Shown: in pieces, positions 39,643 to 52,280 of the stretch
How the letters are laid out: each line of letters begins with the position of its first letter
Position numbering within the stretch: the stretch's first letter is position 1
Assembly (NCBI GenBank): GCA_951406725.2
Contig: OX597831.1
Coordinates: 39,432,001 to 39,496,000, forward strand
Source: Octopus vulgaris
Taxonomy: Eukaryota
DNA length: 64,000 nt
Direction of reading: 5' to 3'
The notes under the pieces: model-generated
What the model saw: only the letters and a program-made list of their open reading frames with translations
What the model was told of the DNA's origin: nothing
Databases searched by the model: none
Program-made: the position numbers and the translations under genes

Positions 39643-39799
39643 CTATCTATCTATCTATCTATCTATCTATCTGTCTATCTATCTATCTCTCTGTGTTTAG
39701 CCCTGTGTGGCCAATAAAGAAATTTATCTATCTATCTATCTCTCTGTCTATCTATCTATCTGTCTATCTATCCATCTATCTCTGTTTCACTATCTATCC

Positions 39800-39895
<96 letters not shown>

Positions 39896-39943
39896 CTTTG
39901 TCTGTCTGTCTATCTATCTATTTATCTATCTATCTCTGTTTCA

Positions 39944-39981
<38 letters not shown>

Positions 39982-40161
39982 GTCTGTCTATCTATCTCTG
40001 TTTCACAACCTATCTATCGACCTATCTATCGACCTATCTATCTATATATCTGTCTATCTATAAATCAATCTATCTATAAATATATGTATGTATCTATATA
40101 TCTATGTATCTGCCTGAGTGTCTGTCTATCGATAAATCTATCTATCTATAAATCTATGTAG

Positions 40162-40215
<54 letters not shown>

Positions 40216-40791
40216 GCCTGTCTGTCTGTCTCTGCCTGTCTGTCTGTCTCTATTTGTCCCTGTTTATCTATCTCCATCGATCTCCTTTCTTTCCCTCTCT
40301 TTCCCTCTCTATCCATATCTATTTCTTCCTATCTTCCTGTCTGTCTGACTGTCTCTCTCTCTCTCTCTTTATCTAGCTACCTATCAATCTATCTGTCTAT
40401 CTCAGTCTTTATTTATGTAGCTAACACGCCCTCCTCTTTCTCTTTTTCTTACCCTTCTACTTCATATGCACGAATGACACACACCAAAATAAACACACAT
40501 GCACACACACACACATACACGCGTACACATATACACTCACATAGCTCCACACCACACTAACACACATTCATACGCGCGCACACACACACATATACATACA
40601 CACACCCATACACCCACCCACTTATACATATACACACTCTCATAGCCACACATGCACACTCATATATACATACACACACACACTCATACAGAGACGCATT
40701 TACAAATGTACATACGCCCATAGTCATACACACAAGTACAAACATATACATACACACACACAAACACGCTCATACATAAACACACACACAA

Positions 40792-40850
<59 letters not shown>
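37862..40850. repeat. Successive low-complexity tracts: (GAT)n, (GGA)n, (CT)n, (TATC)n, (CA)n
   Basis: Directly visible, with short unique islands at 38350-38550 and 39110-39480. Confidence 0.93.
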
Positions 40851-40852
<2 letters not shown>

Positions 40853-40989
40853 GAAGCCAACCGACACATATTCCAATGTCAAGAAAATTTGAATATATTC
40901 TTGCCCTGAGGCTTGCATCAGACAGAAGGAACCAAATTTTTAGATAAAGGAGCGAATCTAGTGTCAAATATGGATAGAAATATTAGCTT

Positions 40990-41691
40990 AAACTTTTGGT
41001 ACAAGGCCAGCAATTTCGGGCGAGAAGTAGGTGAGCAAGTCAATTACATCGACCCCGGTACATAACTGGTACTCATTTCATCGACCCCGAAACGTTGAAA
41101 ACTAACGTCGACTTCGGCGGAATTTGAACTCGGAACATAAAGACGTACGAAATACCTATTTCTTTACTACCCACAAGGGGCTAAATAATGGCCCCGGTCA
41201 TACAGGCTCCATTTAGGGGGCACGAACGCTAATAATACTGTTTTGAAGTCAGAACATAAAGACAGATGAAATACCTATTTCTTTACAACCCACAAGGGGC
41301 TAAACACAGAGAGGACAACCAAGGACAGACACACGGATTAAGTCGATTATATCGACGCCTGTGCGTAACTGGTACTTCTTTAATCGACCCCGAAAGGATG
41401 AAAGGCAAAGTCGACCTCGGCGGAATTTGAACTCATAACGTAGCGGCAGACGAAATACCTCTTTCTTTACAACCCACAAGGAGCTAAACACAGAGAGGAC
41501 AACCAAGGACAGACAAACGGATTAAGTCGATTATATCGACGCCAGTGCGTAATTGGTACTTATTTAATCGACCCCGAAAGGATGAAAGGCAAAGTCGACC
41601 TCGGCGGAATTTGAACTCAGAACGTAGCGACGTACGAAATACCGCTAAGCATTTCGCCCGGCGTGCTAACGATTCTGCCAGCTCACCGCCT
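40990..41691 (-). mobile_element. SINE family B multimer (tail-1 copy, short foreign insert, two tail-2 units)
   Basis: Junctions at 41156, 41275 and 41459 all read gaaatacc|t; outer TSD-like atat(g/a)gatagaaatatta at 40968-40985 and 41694-41711. Confidence 0.9.
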
Positions 41692-41930
41692 TTATATAGA
41701 TAGAAATATTACTTTCGAATTATGGCACAAGGCCAGCAATTTCAGAGTGGGGTGAGTAAGTAAATTGCATGGACCCCAGTGCGTAACTGGTACCTATTTT
41801 ATCGATCTCCGAAAGGATGATGGTAAAGACGGACGAATTACCACTATGCAAAACAATTCTTGCAAATTACTCTAACGATAGTATTGATTCCCAGCTCCAA
41901 TGTACAAATCTCCCTCAAATTAGACCGTAC

Positions 41931-42535
41931 TTCTTTCTACTCTAGCCACAAGGCCCGACATTTCTGGTGAGGGGGCTAGTCGATTAGATCGACCCCAGTG
42001 CGTAACTGGTACTTAATTTATCGACCCCGAAAGGATGAAAGGTAAAGTCGACCACGACGGAATTTGAGCTCAGAACGTAAATACAGACGAAATATCGCTA
42101 AGCATTTCGCCCGACGTCCTAACGATTCTGCCAGCTCGCCGCCCTCAAATTAGACTGTACTGTCATTAAAATGAACACATTGGACAATGTAGGTTAGAAG
42201 GAAAAAAATCGTGATTGTCACGGCAAGAAAGCCTTTTATTATTCTTTTCTACTCTAGCCACAAGGCCCAACATTTCTGGGGAGGGGTCCAGTCGATTACA
42301 TCGACCCCAGTGCGTAACTGGTACTTAATTTATCGAGCCCGAAAGGATGAAAGGTAAAGTCGACCTCGGCGGAATTTGAACGCGGAACCGCTAAGCATTT
42401 CGTTCAGCGTGCTAAGGATTCTGCCAGCTCGCCGCCTTCAAATTAAACCATGCTGTCATTAAAATGAACACATTGGATAATGTAGGTTAGAAGGAAAATG
42501 TCGTGATTGTCACGGCAAGAAAGCCTTTTATTATT
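41931..42535 (-). mobile_element. Two tandem SINE B copies with a ~100-bp duplicated flank
   Basis: Copies at 41931-42143 and 42242-42437; flank 42144-42243 repeated at 42438-42535; TSD ccctcaaattagac(c/t)gtact at 41912-41931 and 42142-42161. Confidence 0.9.
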
Positions 42536-42644
42536 GGCGGCGAATCGAGTAACGCACCATACAATTAACACACCACACTTGCCAAAATGACCAACTGCCA
42601 AAATGACAAGATTCCCAAATGATGATTTATAACAATCTCAAGAT

Positions 42645-43022
42645 CGTGGCACTTCGTCGGTTACGACGACGAGAGTTCCAAATGATCCGATCAAAGGAAC
42701 AGCCTGCTCTTGAAATTAACGTGCAAGTGGCTGAGCACTCCACAGACACGTGTACCCTTAACGTAGCTCTCGGGGAAATTCAGCATGGTACAGTGTATGA
42801 CAATGCTGGCCCTTTGAAATACAGGTACAATAGAAAAAAGGATGAAAGAGTGAGAGAAAGTTGTGGTGAAAGAGTACAGCAGGGTTCGCCACCCCATCGG
42901 AGCCTCGTGGGGCTTTAGATGTTTTCTTTCACTAAACACACACAACACCCGGTCTGGGAATCGAAACTGCGGTCCTACGACCGTGGGTCCGCTACCCTAA
43001 CCGCTGGGCTACTGCGCCTCCA
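42645..43022 (-). mobile_element. SINE family C variant (second head type, first tail type)
   Basis: Minus head ggaggcgcagtagcccagcggttaggg...gtttcgattcccagaccggg; tail shared with 21962 and 878. Confidence 0.85.
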
Positions 43023-43603
43023 CAATCTCAAGATAGATTGTATCAAGAAAATAACTCTTTCTTTTCTTTTTTTTATTATTTAAATTCCATATCGGGTAAC
43101 ATTCTGAACCAATTTTATTTAACCTTTAACCTTTTAACATGTTACAACAAAATTCCTCTCAGTTATACATATTATTAAATATGGCGCAGCGATCTCTGCA
43201 GCGATAATGCTCTTTTTATTGCTGCTGCTGCTGCGGCTGCTGCTGCTACTGTTACTGCTACTATTAATACTACGACTTATACTAACTGTATTAGTACCTT
43301 AGTACTACATCTGATGCTGATATTGTTTCCGCTTCTACTGCAATTTCTGCAACTGCAACTAATTCTATGACTGTCGTAACTACTTTGCGTTTATTCTTTT
43401 ATTCTTCGAGTCTTTTACTTGTTTCATTCATTTGACTGCAGCCATGCTGGAGCACCGCCTTACAGCGTTTTAGCCGGAGAAATCGTTCCCAGGACTTACG
43501 CTTTGTAACCCTAGTACTTGGTCTACCGTTCTTTTCTTTTGCCGAACCGCTTAGTTATGGGGACATAAACACACCAACATCAATTGTGAAACGACGGTGG
43601 GGA

Positions 43604-43669
<66 letters not shown>

Positions 43670-43963
43670 TACAAACACACAAACACAGACACACACACAC
43701 ATATATATATATAACCATACATATATATATCATTTTACTTGTTTCAGTCATTTGACCGCTGCCATGCTGGAGCACCAGTTTTAGTCGAACAAATCGAGGA
43801 CTAATTCCTTGTAAGCACAGTACTATTCTATCGTTCTCTTTTTGCCGAACTGCTAACTGACGTGGACGTAAACACACCAACATCAGTTGTCAAGCGATGG
43901 TGGTGTATTTATAAAGATAGATAGACAGACACAAAGATTGACACGCACAAATAACAAAAGCAG

Positions 43964-44007
<44 letters not shown>

Positions 44008-44064
44008 GTATGAATACAACAAGCTTCTTTCAGTTTCCGTCTACAAAATCCATTCACAATGTTT

Positions 44065-44111
<47 letters not shown>

Positions 44112-44374
44112 CATACATACATACATACATACATACATACATACATACATACATACATACATACAAACATACATACATACATACATACATACATACATAC
44201 ATACATACATACATACATACATACATACATACATACATACATACATACATCTGCATAGAGATTCGCCGTTCCAAATGTGAATTATTTCACGTTCTCGAAA
44301 TTTCTAAATTTGCATATACTCACGAGTGTGCGTGTGTGTGCACGCAGAGGTTTGTGTGTATGTGTAGAATGCAA

Positions 44375-44408
<34 letters not shown>

Positions 44409-44448
44409 TAGGAAAGATAGGTAGATAGAGAGAGATGCATAGATATAT

Positions 44449-44488
<40 letters not shown>

Positions 44489-44854
44489 CATATACACATA
44501 CACACCCACGCACACATATCTGTATAGATACATATGCATTATGAGAACTGTGAGTTTCACACTTACAATTAAGTACAGAGTTCAATGAAAGTATCAGTGT
44601 GTATGAGAATAGGAATACATGCATATGTGTATATACACCCACATTTGCTCAGACACTCAGATATACACGTGTACTGTGTATGTATGTGTGTATGTATGTA
44701 TGTATGTATGTATGTATGTATGTATGTATGTGTGTATGTGTGTATGTATGTATTATGTATGTATGCATGTATGTATGTATGTATGTATGTATGTATGTAT
44801 GTATGTATGTATGTATGTATGTATGTATGTATGTGAGTGTGTCTGAATGTGTGA

Positions 44855-45125
44855 AGGTGCAATGGCCCAGTGGTTAGGGCAGCGGACTCGCGGTCGGAGG
44901 ATCGCGGTTTCGATTCCCAGACCGGGAGTTGTGTGTGTTTATTGAGCGAAAACACCTAAAAGTTCCACGAGGCTCCGGCAGTGGGTAGTGGTGACCCCTG
45001 TTGTACTCTTTCGCCACAACTTTCTCTCACCCTCTCTCTTCGTGTTTCTTGAGTAACGCTGCGATGGACTGGCGCCACAGAAACGGGGAACAGGGGCCGA
45101 TGAGGCTGGTTAGGCATGAAAAGGT
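44855..45125 (+). mobile_element. SINE family C variant (second head type, second tail type)
   Basis: aggtgcaatggcccagtggttagggc...gtttcgattcccagaccggg...gagtaacgctgcgatggactggcg. Confidence 0.85.
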
Positions 45126-45295
45126 TGACGTTTATCGTTTATCGTGTCTGTATGTATGTAATAAAAGCACTTGGGATTAATTTGTTGAACATACGGACGT
45201 AATGTCGTGGGTTGTGCGTTTGTCCTTGAGGAAAGTCTTTCATTTCATATTACTCCGCCCTACTCAACTGAAAATATGTACGTAAGTGCTCACGA

Positions 45296-45337
<42 letters not shown>

Positions 45338-45543
45338 TTCTCTCTTCTCTTTCATTCTGGATCCATCACATCTTTGATGCTCCACTGAATGAAGGGTACG
45401 ATGTTCTAGAAGGTGTTTATATCATTTCGCAACTAAATAGGTTCCTAAAATAATCAAGGAAAACATGGTACATGTTCGGTTGTACTCGATCGCAAGTGAG
45501 AGTAAGGTTAGTTAACATGTGTATGTAAGCGTATATGTGTGTG

Positions 45544-45574
<31 letters not shown>

Positions 45575-45582
<8 letters not shown>

Positions 45583-45845
45583 GTTGTATACTGTCAATCT
45601 AACACGAACGTGACACCACCGTTGTATAGCCCTAGGAAGCATCGACGCCTCCTGATGGCTTTGACACATTATTCCTGTGTCCTTATATACATTTTTAAAT
45701 GTATAAAAAATAAATGTATATAAGGACACAGGGAATAATGTGTCAAAGCCATCAGGAGGCGTCGATGCTTCCTAGGGCTATACAGCGGTGGTGTACCCCC
45801 GTACTGTCACGTTCGTGTTAGATTGACAGTATACAACCATTCTAT
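45575..45845. repeat. Long fold-back (arms ~120 bp, 17-nt loop, 13-nt bulge)
   Basis: atagaatggttgtatactgtc...ccttatatacattt (to 45694) vs aaatgtatataagg...gacagtatacaaccattctat (from 45712); lies between (TA)n runs. Confidence 0.95.
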
Positions 45846-45895
45846 CGCCCCACCACCGTACATGTCTCTACGAGAGATTTAGAAATTTAGTATTT

Positions 45896-45960
<65 letters not shown>

Positions 45961-46461
45961 TTGGGTAGAAGTATGTGTCAAGCTAATGTGGTCACATGAT
46001 ACCTGAATAAATGCAGACGTGTGTATGCCTGTTCGTGCCAACGCAGAAAATGATCGAGGGGGTCTGATGTCGAAAGAACCGAAACCACATGAAAGCCTAG
46101 TAACTACTGACGATGCATCTTAGAACTTCCACAAGATCTATCTTAAAACAATATGCATACCTGCTTTCGGAATTCTGCGATCACATAGTTCACTCTGTCC
46201 CACTCTCGAAGTATCTCATATTGAATATGATATCGATATGTGTGTGTATGTGTGTGTGCGTGTGTGTGTACACGCGCGCGTGTATGCATTTATGTACTGG
46301 TTGCAATTTTTGTGACACAAGGCTAGCATTTGGGGAGGGTTTAAGTGGATTAAATCGACCCTAGTGTTCAACTGGTACTTATTTTATCGACCCGGAAAGG
46401 GTAAAATCAACCTCGGCGGAATTTGAACTCAGAACGTAGAGACGAAGGACATATATGTATG

Positions 46462-46519
<58 letters not shown>

Positions 46520-46522
<3 letters not shown>

Positions 46523-46730
46523 TTTTAGTTTTCTACTTCTCTTAGTCATTTCACTGCTGCCATGCTGGGCAACGCCTTGTAGGGTGAAACAAATCTACCC
46601 GAGGACTTATCGCCTTTAAGCCTAGTACTTATTCTATCGGTCTCTTTTACCGAACCGCAAATTTACGGGGATATAAACACTCCAACACCGGTTGTGAAGT
46701 GGTGATGGTGGGACAAACACAGACACAAAG

Positions 46731-46775
<45 letters not shown>

Positions 46776-46962
46776 AATATATACATATATAAATATATAT
46801 ATATATATACGACGGGTTTCTTTCAGTTTCCATTTACAAAATTCACTCACAAAGCTCTGGTCAACCCTAGGCTATAGTAGAAGACACTTGCCCAAGAAAC
46901 TACGCAGTGGGGTTGAACCCGGAACCATATAGTTGGGAAGCAAACTTCTTACCACACAGCCA
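46520..46962 (-). mobile_element. SINE family A
   Basis: Both halves plus internal (CA)n(TA)n. Confidence 0.85.
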
Positions 46963-46991
46963 TACGTAAATACATACATACATATATTATA

Positions 46992-47038
<47 letters not shown>

Positions 47039-47041
47039 ATG

Positions 47042-47077
<36 letters not shown>

Positions 47078-47431
47078 AATGTATCTACATGTATATTTGT
47101 GTGTGTGCGTGTGTTGCGTCCGCATCGGTTAGTGCGTTTGTGTGTGTTTGTATGTATACTGCTCCATTCACATTATATAGGCACATAATAAATGATACGT
47201 GCTAATCCATAGCAAACAAGGATTAATATACATAAATCATGTGACACGACCTGACCTGACCTCAGTCCTTCCAACTTAAAAAATATATAAGAAGGATCGT
47301 AAAAATAGTATTTAATATCATTATATGTTACAACAAATCACGATCAATAATCCATATACATACACATACACACAATGCAGACATAGATAATTAGATACAT
47401 ACATATATGCATATGAGTATGTATGTGTGTG

Positions 47432-47471
<40 letters not shown>

Positions 47472-47584
47472 TGTGTGTGAACATGTTTGGAATAAATAAA
47501 TTACAAAGAACAACAGAAGACCAAGGTTGACGCTCAAAGACGTAAAAAAAACATATAAAATAAAAGTTGTGTGTGTGTCTATAT

Positions 47585-47794
47585 TACTCTCTTACGCTTT
47601 TACTTGTTTCAGTCATGTGACTGTGGCCATGCTGGAGCACCGCGTTTAGTTGAGTAAATCGACCCCATGACTTTTTTTTATAAGCATAGTACTTATTCTA
47701 TCGGTCTCTATTGTCGAGCCGCTATGTTACGGGGACGTAAACACACCAGCATCGGTTGTCAAGCGATGTTGGGTGGACAAACACAGACACATGA

Positions 47795-47837
<43 letters not shown>

Positions 47838-47838
47838 A

Positions 47839-47876
<38 letters not shown>

Positions 47877-48075
47877 ACATATATACGACGGGCTTCTTTC
47901 AGTTTCCGTCTACCAAATCCACTCACAAGGCTTTGGTCGGCCCGAGGCTATAGTAGAAGACACTTGCCCAAGGTGCGACGCAGTGGGACTGAACCCGGAA
48001 CCATGTGGCTGGTAAGCAAGCTACTTACACAGCCACTCCTCCGCCTATACTTACCACACAACCACTCCTACGCCT
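47585..48075 (-). mobile_element. SINE family A with a tandemly duplicated head end
   Basis: Full structure; tacttac(c)acac..ccactcct.cgccta occurs twice at 48022-48075. Confidence 0.88.
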
Positions 48076-48191
48076 ATATATTTATATATTGACAGAGAAA
48101 GAAAAAAGAGGAATGGAGAGAGAGAGAGAGAGAGACAGAAAGGGATAGTGAGAGATACATATGTATCTTTGTGTGTATATGTATATGTATC

Positions 48192-48267
<76 letters not shown>

Positions 48268-48599
48268 TAGACATGGAGTTGAAAGCGGCTGCAACTGAAA
48301 GTAGAAAGAATTATCTCAGGCTTTAAACTTGTTGAGGAATATTATATCTTAATATATTAACAGATACTAGCTGACATAAAAATGTAAGCATCTGTAAACA
48401 TGTACTCTTGCCATGAGAAATGTTTGTAGTATATTATGACCGTCTGTCTCTACGTTCAAATTCTGCCGTGGTCGACTTTGACGTACGTTTTTTCGGGGCC
48501 GAAAAAAACAGTATCAATTGGGTACTGAGGTCGATCTAAATAGCTGACCGTTCCCACAAAGCTTCAGGCCAAGAAGAGTATATTGTGACAGTTATTCAT

Positions 48600-50450
48600 C
48601 CTCTTCCTCCCTTCCTCGGAACTTTCAAGTAAGTCCCTAGTCCCTACCCTCATCTTCCGAACTTTCTAGGAATACGTTCCTCCCCTCCTCCAGCTCTTCC
48701 CCTTCATCACCTTTATCAGTTCTTTCCAGGAAGTCCCTGCCCCCTTCGAAACTTTCCAGGAAGTCCTACCCACTACTCCGAACTTTCCAGGAAATTCTTC
48801 CTCCACCTCCCTGGAATTTCTAGGAAATCCCTACCCCTCCTTGGAACTTTCAAAGAAAAACTTCTTCTCCCTCCTCCCCCTCCTCTTCATCGGAACTTTC
48901 CTGCAAGTCCCAACCCACCTCACCTTCCTCGGAACATTCCAGGAAGTCCTTCCTACGCCCTGCATTCCCCTACTCTGAACTTTCAGGAAGTCCTTACAAC
49001 CGACCTTTGACTTTTCTAGGAAGTCATTTTCCCCACGAACGCCCTTCCTCCCCTTCCCAGGAACATTCCAGGAAGTCCATCTTCCCCGTACTTCTCTTTC
49101 TCTGTTTCCTCCCTTATCGGAAGTTCCCAAGAAGGCCCTCGGCCCATTCTTCGGACATTGCCCGCACCTACATCAACCCCTCCTTGGAACTTTACAGGAA
49201 GTCCTTGCTCCCCACACTCGGACTTTCCAGGAAGTCATTCATCTCACTTCTCCCCTTCCACGGAACTTTCCAGTCCCTGTTCCCTCCTCAGAAATTTTAA
49301 GAAAGTCCTCCTTCTTTTCCTTGGAACTTTCCAGGAACACCCCATCTTTCCTCGAAACTTTCCAGGAAGACCTTCATCCCTCTCGACACCTTCCTCGGAC
49401 CTTTGAAAGGAAGTCATTCATCTCCTATTCCTTTCCAGAAAGTCCTTCATATCCCTCTTCTTCTTCCGCGGAACGTTCCAGGAAGTCCTGCATACCCATC
49501 CTCTTCCTCGGAACTATTCAGGAAGTATGTCATACACCTCCTCCCCTTCCTCGGAACAGTCCAGGAAGTCCTTCATACCCCTCTTCTTCTTCCGCTGAAC
49601 GTTCCAGGAAGTCCTGCATACCGGTCCTCTTCCTCGGAACTTTCCCGGAAGTATAACATACCCTTCCTCCGTTTTCTCGGATTTTTCCAGGACGCCTTTC
49701 ATCCCCTCCTCTTCCTCGGAACATTCCGGAAAGTATTTCATACCCTCCATTTCCTAAAATCTTTCCGGAAGTCCCTCTCCCCTACTCCCCTTTCTCAAAA
49801 CTTTCTAGGGCGTCCTTCTTCCCGCTCCTCCCCTTCCTCGGGACTTTCCAGGATGTACCTCCTCCCCTCTTCCTGTTCCTCAGAACTTTCCACGAATTCC
49901 TTCTTTCCCTACTCCTCTTACTCGGATCTTTCCAGGAAGTCCTTCTCCCACCTCCACCTCCTCGGATCTTTCCAGCAAGACCTTCTGTCCCCTACTCCCA
50001 CTCCTTCCCTTCCACGTAACTTTCTAGGAAGACCTTCTTCCTTCTTCTCCCCTCCTCACATTCCAAGGAACTTTCTAGGATGACCTCCTCCCCCTCCTCC
50101 CCTTCCTCGGAGGTTTTCAGGATGTATTCATCACCTTCGTCCCCTTCCTCCGAACATTCCAGGAAGTACATCTCACCATCCTCCCCTGGAACTTTCCAGG
50201 AAGCGATTCATCATCATCCTTCCCTTCCTCGGAACTTTCCAGGAACTCCTTATTTCCCCCTCCGAACTTTCCCGTAATTACTTCATCCTCTCCTCGGAAC
50301 TTTTCAGGTAGCATTTCATCCCCCCCTTCGCTGAAACTTTCCAGGAAGTCCTTCTTCCCCTTCGTCCTCTTCCTCAGAACTTTTCAGGAAGTAATTCATT
50401 CCTTCTCCCCTTCCTCGAAACTTTCCAGGAAATAATATATCCCCTCCCAC
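48600..50450. repeat. Minisatellite-like array: ~45 copies of GGAACTTTCCAGGAAGT core with variable C/T-rich spacers
   Basis: Counted by eye from 48618 to 50430, period about 30-45 bp; one higher-order 126-bp duplication (49442 / 49568). Confidence 0.93.
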
Positions 50451-50454
50451 GAGG

Positions 50455-50758
50455 GAAGATCTAGAAATTATCAAGCTCAATAACAATAACCACCCCAAAA
50501 GCATACACTCTACTCCAATTATGAAGAAAAGAGAGGAAGAAACCAATAAACTGTCCACAGCGTGTCTACCCTATGTAAAAAGCTTCTCCGAAAAGATACA
50601 AGAGATATGCGACCTATATGATATCAGGACAGTATTGAAAAGTAGTACAACACTTCGCAAATATTTCCTTCGAGTAAATTCACCAATATAAACAAAAGCT
50701 GCGTGACTCAATCCTATGCAGCTGTGGTAGGTTATACAAAGGTGAAACATGCCGCCCC
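50455..50758 (+). pseudogene. Penelope-like element fragment (RT-endonuclease linker and GIY-YIG N-terminus)
   Basis: Manual translation: ...NNHPKSI...KLSTACLPYVKSFSEKIQEICDLYDIRTVLKSSTTLRKYFLRVNSP*, then across a frameshift CV-SILCSCGRLYKGETCRP (VY..IPC.CG..YxGET motif). Confidence 0.85.
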
Positions 50759-51119
50759 GAGTTGAATATTTTTATTTGACTTTTGGAAGAAAGACTCTAA
50801 TGAGATCAAATAATAAGTGATCCTGGAAATTGAAAAAAAATCAGATTTGACGAAAGCAGATTGACAAACAACATCGTGGCCTACTAAAGAAAATATGTGT
50901 TTCATTAAAAGTTTGCTGTATTTTAAAATGTCAACTAGGTTCAGAAGCACACAGACTCAGACTAACTCACTTACACACAGATATACGTATACATACATAC
51001 ATATTTGCATGCATATGATGAAACTGTTTTGGCTTATATACGTGTGTGTATGCGTGTGTGTGTGTGCATCTGTGTATACATATGTATGTGTGTGCATATA
51101 TATATTTATGTATATGGAC

Positions 51120-51180
<61 letters not shown>

Positions 51181-51251
51181 CACACACATATATTCACATG
51201 TACACACTATACATACATGTATATATAATTATATGTATGTATGTATTTATA

Positions 51252-51475
51252 TGGAGGCGCGTGGCTTAGTGGTTAGGGTGTCAGCATCATGATCGTAAGA
51301 TTGTAGTTTCGATTCCTGGACCGGGCGACGCGTTGTGTTCTTGAGCAAAACACTTCCTTTCACGTTGTTCTAGTCCACTCACCTGGCAAAAATGAGTAAC
51401 GCTGCGATGGAACACATACCCCATAGAAACCGAGAAACCGGGCCCATCAGCCTGGCTAGGCTTTAAAAGGGCACA
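51252..51475 (+). mobile_element. SINE family C (first head type, second tail type)
   Basis: ggaggcgcgtggcttagtggttagggt...gtttcgattcc...gttgtgttcttgagcaaaacactt...gaaaccgggcccatcagcctggctaggctt. Confidence 0.88.
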
Positions 51476-51739
51476 TTTATTTTGTTTATTATGTATGTAT
51501 ATATTAATATCTATCTATATATATATATATATATATATTACAATTTAAGAACTGAACATACCTCTTGTTACTTCCATCAGCTATACTCTTACGAGACGTC
51601 CTAAGGGTTTCTTGGAAGACAGTGTAAATTTTGAGGTTCCCCTTTTCCTGCATTGGTTGCTTCCACAGTAGCAAAGGGCCTTAATACTTTCAACCGTTGG
51701 TAGACTTCTACAGCATCATTTCATCTTTCTTTGGAATCG

Positions 51740-52280
51740 AGAGCTTCTTCTTTTTGTTTCTCTTCTTCTTCTTCTTCTTCATCACCATCATCATCCTCAT
51801 GAAAATGTTTTATCCTCATCAACGCGTGTTTCGTCCTCCTCCTCGTCATCATTATTATCATTTCTTCTTCTTCTTCTCCTCATCCTCCTCCTCTTCCTCC
51901 TTCTTCTCTTCGACCTTCTTATTCTCTTTCTCTTCCCTCTTTTCGTTTCCCTCTTTTTTCTCCGTCTTCTTATTCTCCTCCTCCTCCTTCTCATCTTTCT
52001 TTTCCTTCTCTTCTACTTTCTTCTCCCTATCCCACTTCTTCCTCTTCCTTTGCACTCTCTCCGCCTCCCCTCCTCCCCTCTCTTCTCTTTTTCATAGTCG
52101 TCCTCCTCCTCCTTCTTCCTCTTCCTCTTTCTTCTCTTCCTTCTCCTTCTCCTCCCCTCCTTTTCATCATCATCTTCTTCCTCTTCTTCTTCGTCTTCTT
52201 CTTCTTCTTCTTCTTCTTCTTCTTCTTCTTCTTCTTCTTCTTCTTCTTCTTCTTCTTCTTCTTCTTCTTCTTCTCCTCCA
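51740..52280. repeat. (CTT)n/(CCT)n pyrimidine tract
   Basis: Directly visible. Confidence 0.96.

Noticed and set aside
48600-50450. CRISPR array (repeat-spacer appearance)
   Set aside because: Eukaryotic context, no cas genes, degenerate repeats, and low-complexity C/T spacers that resemble each other
49007-50558. ORFs of up to 226 aa across the array as a repetitive protein
   Set aside because: Unit lengths are not multiples of three and the same motif appears in all frames; openness follows from the C/T-rich composition
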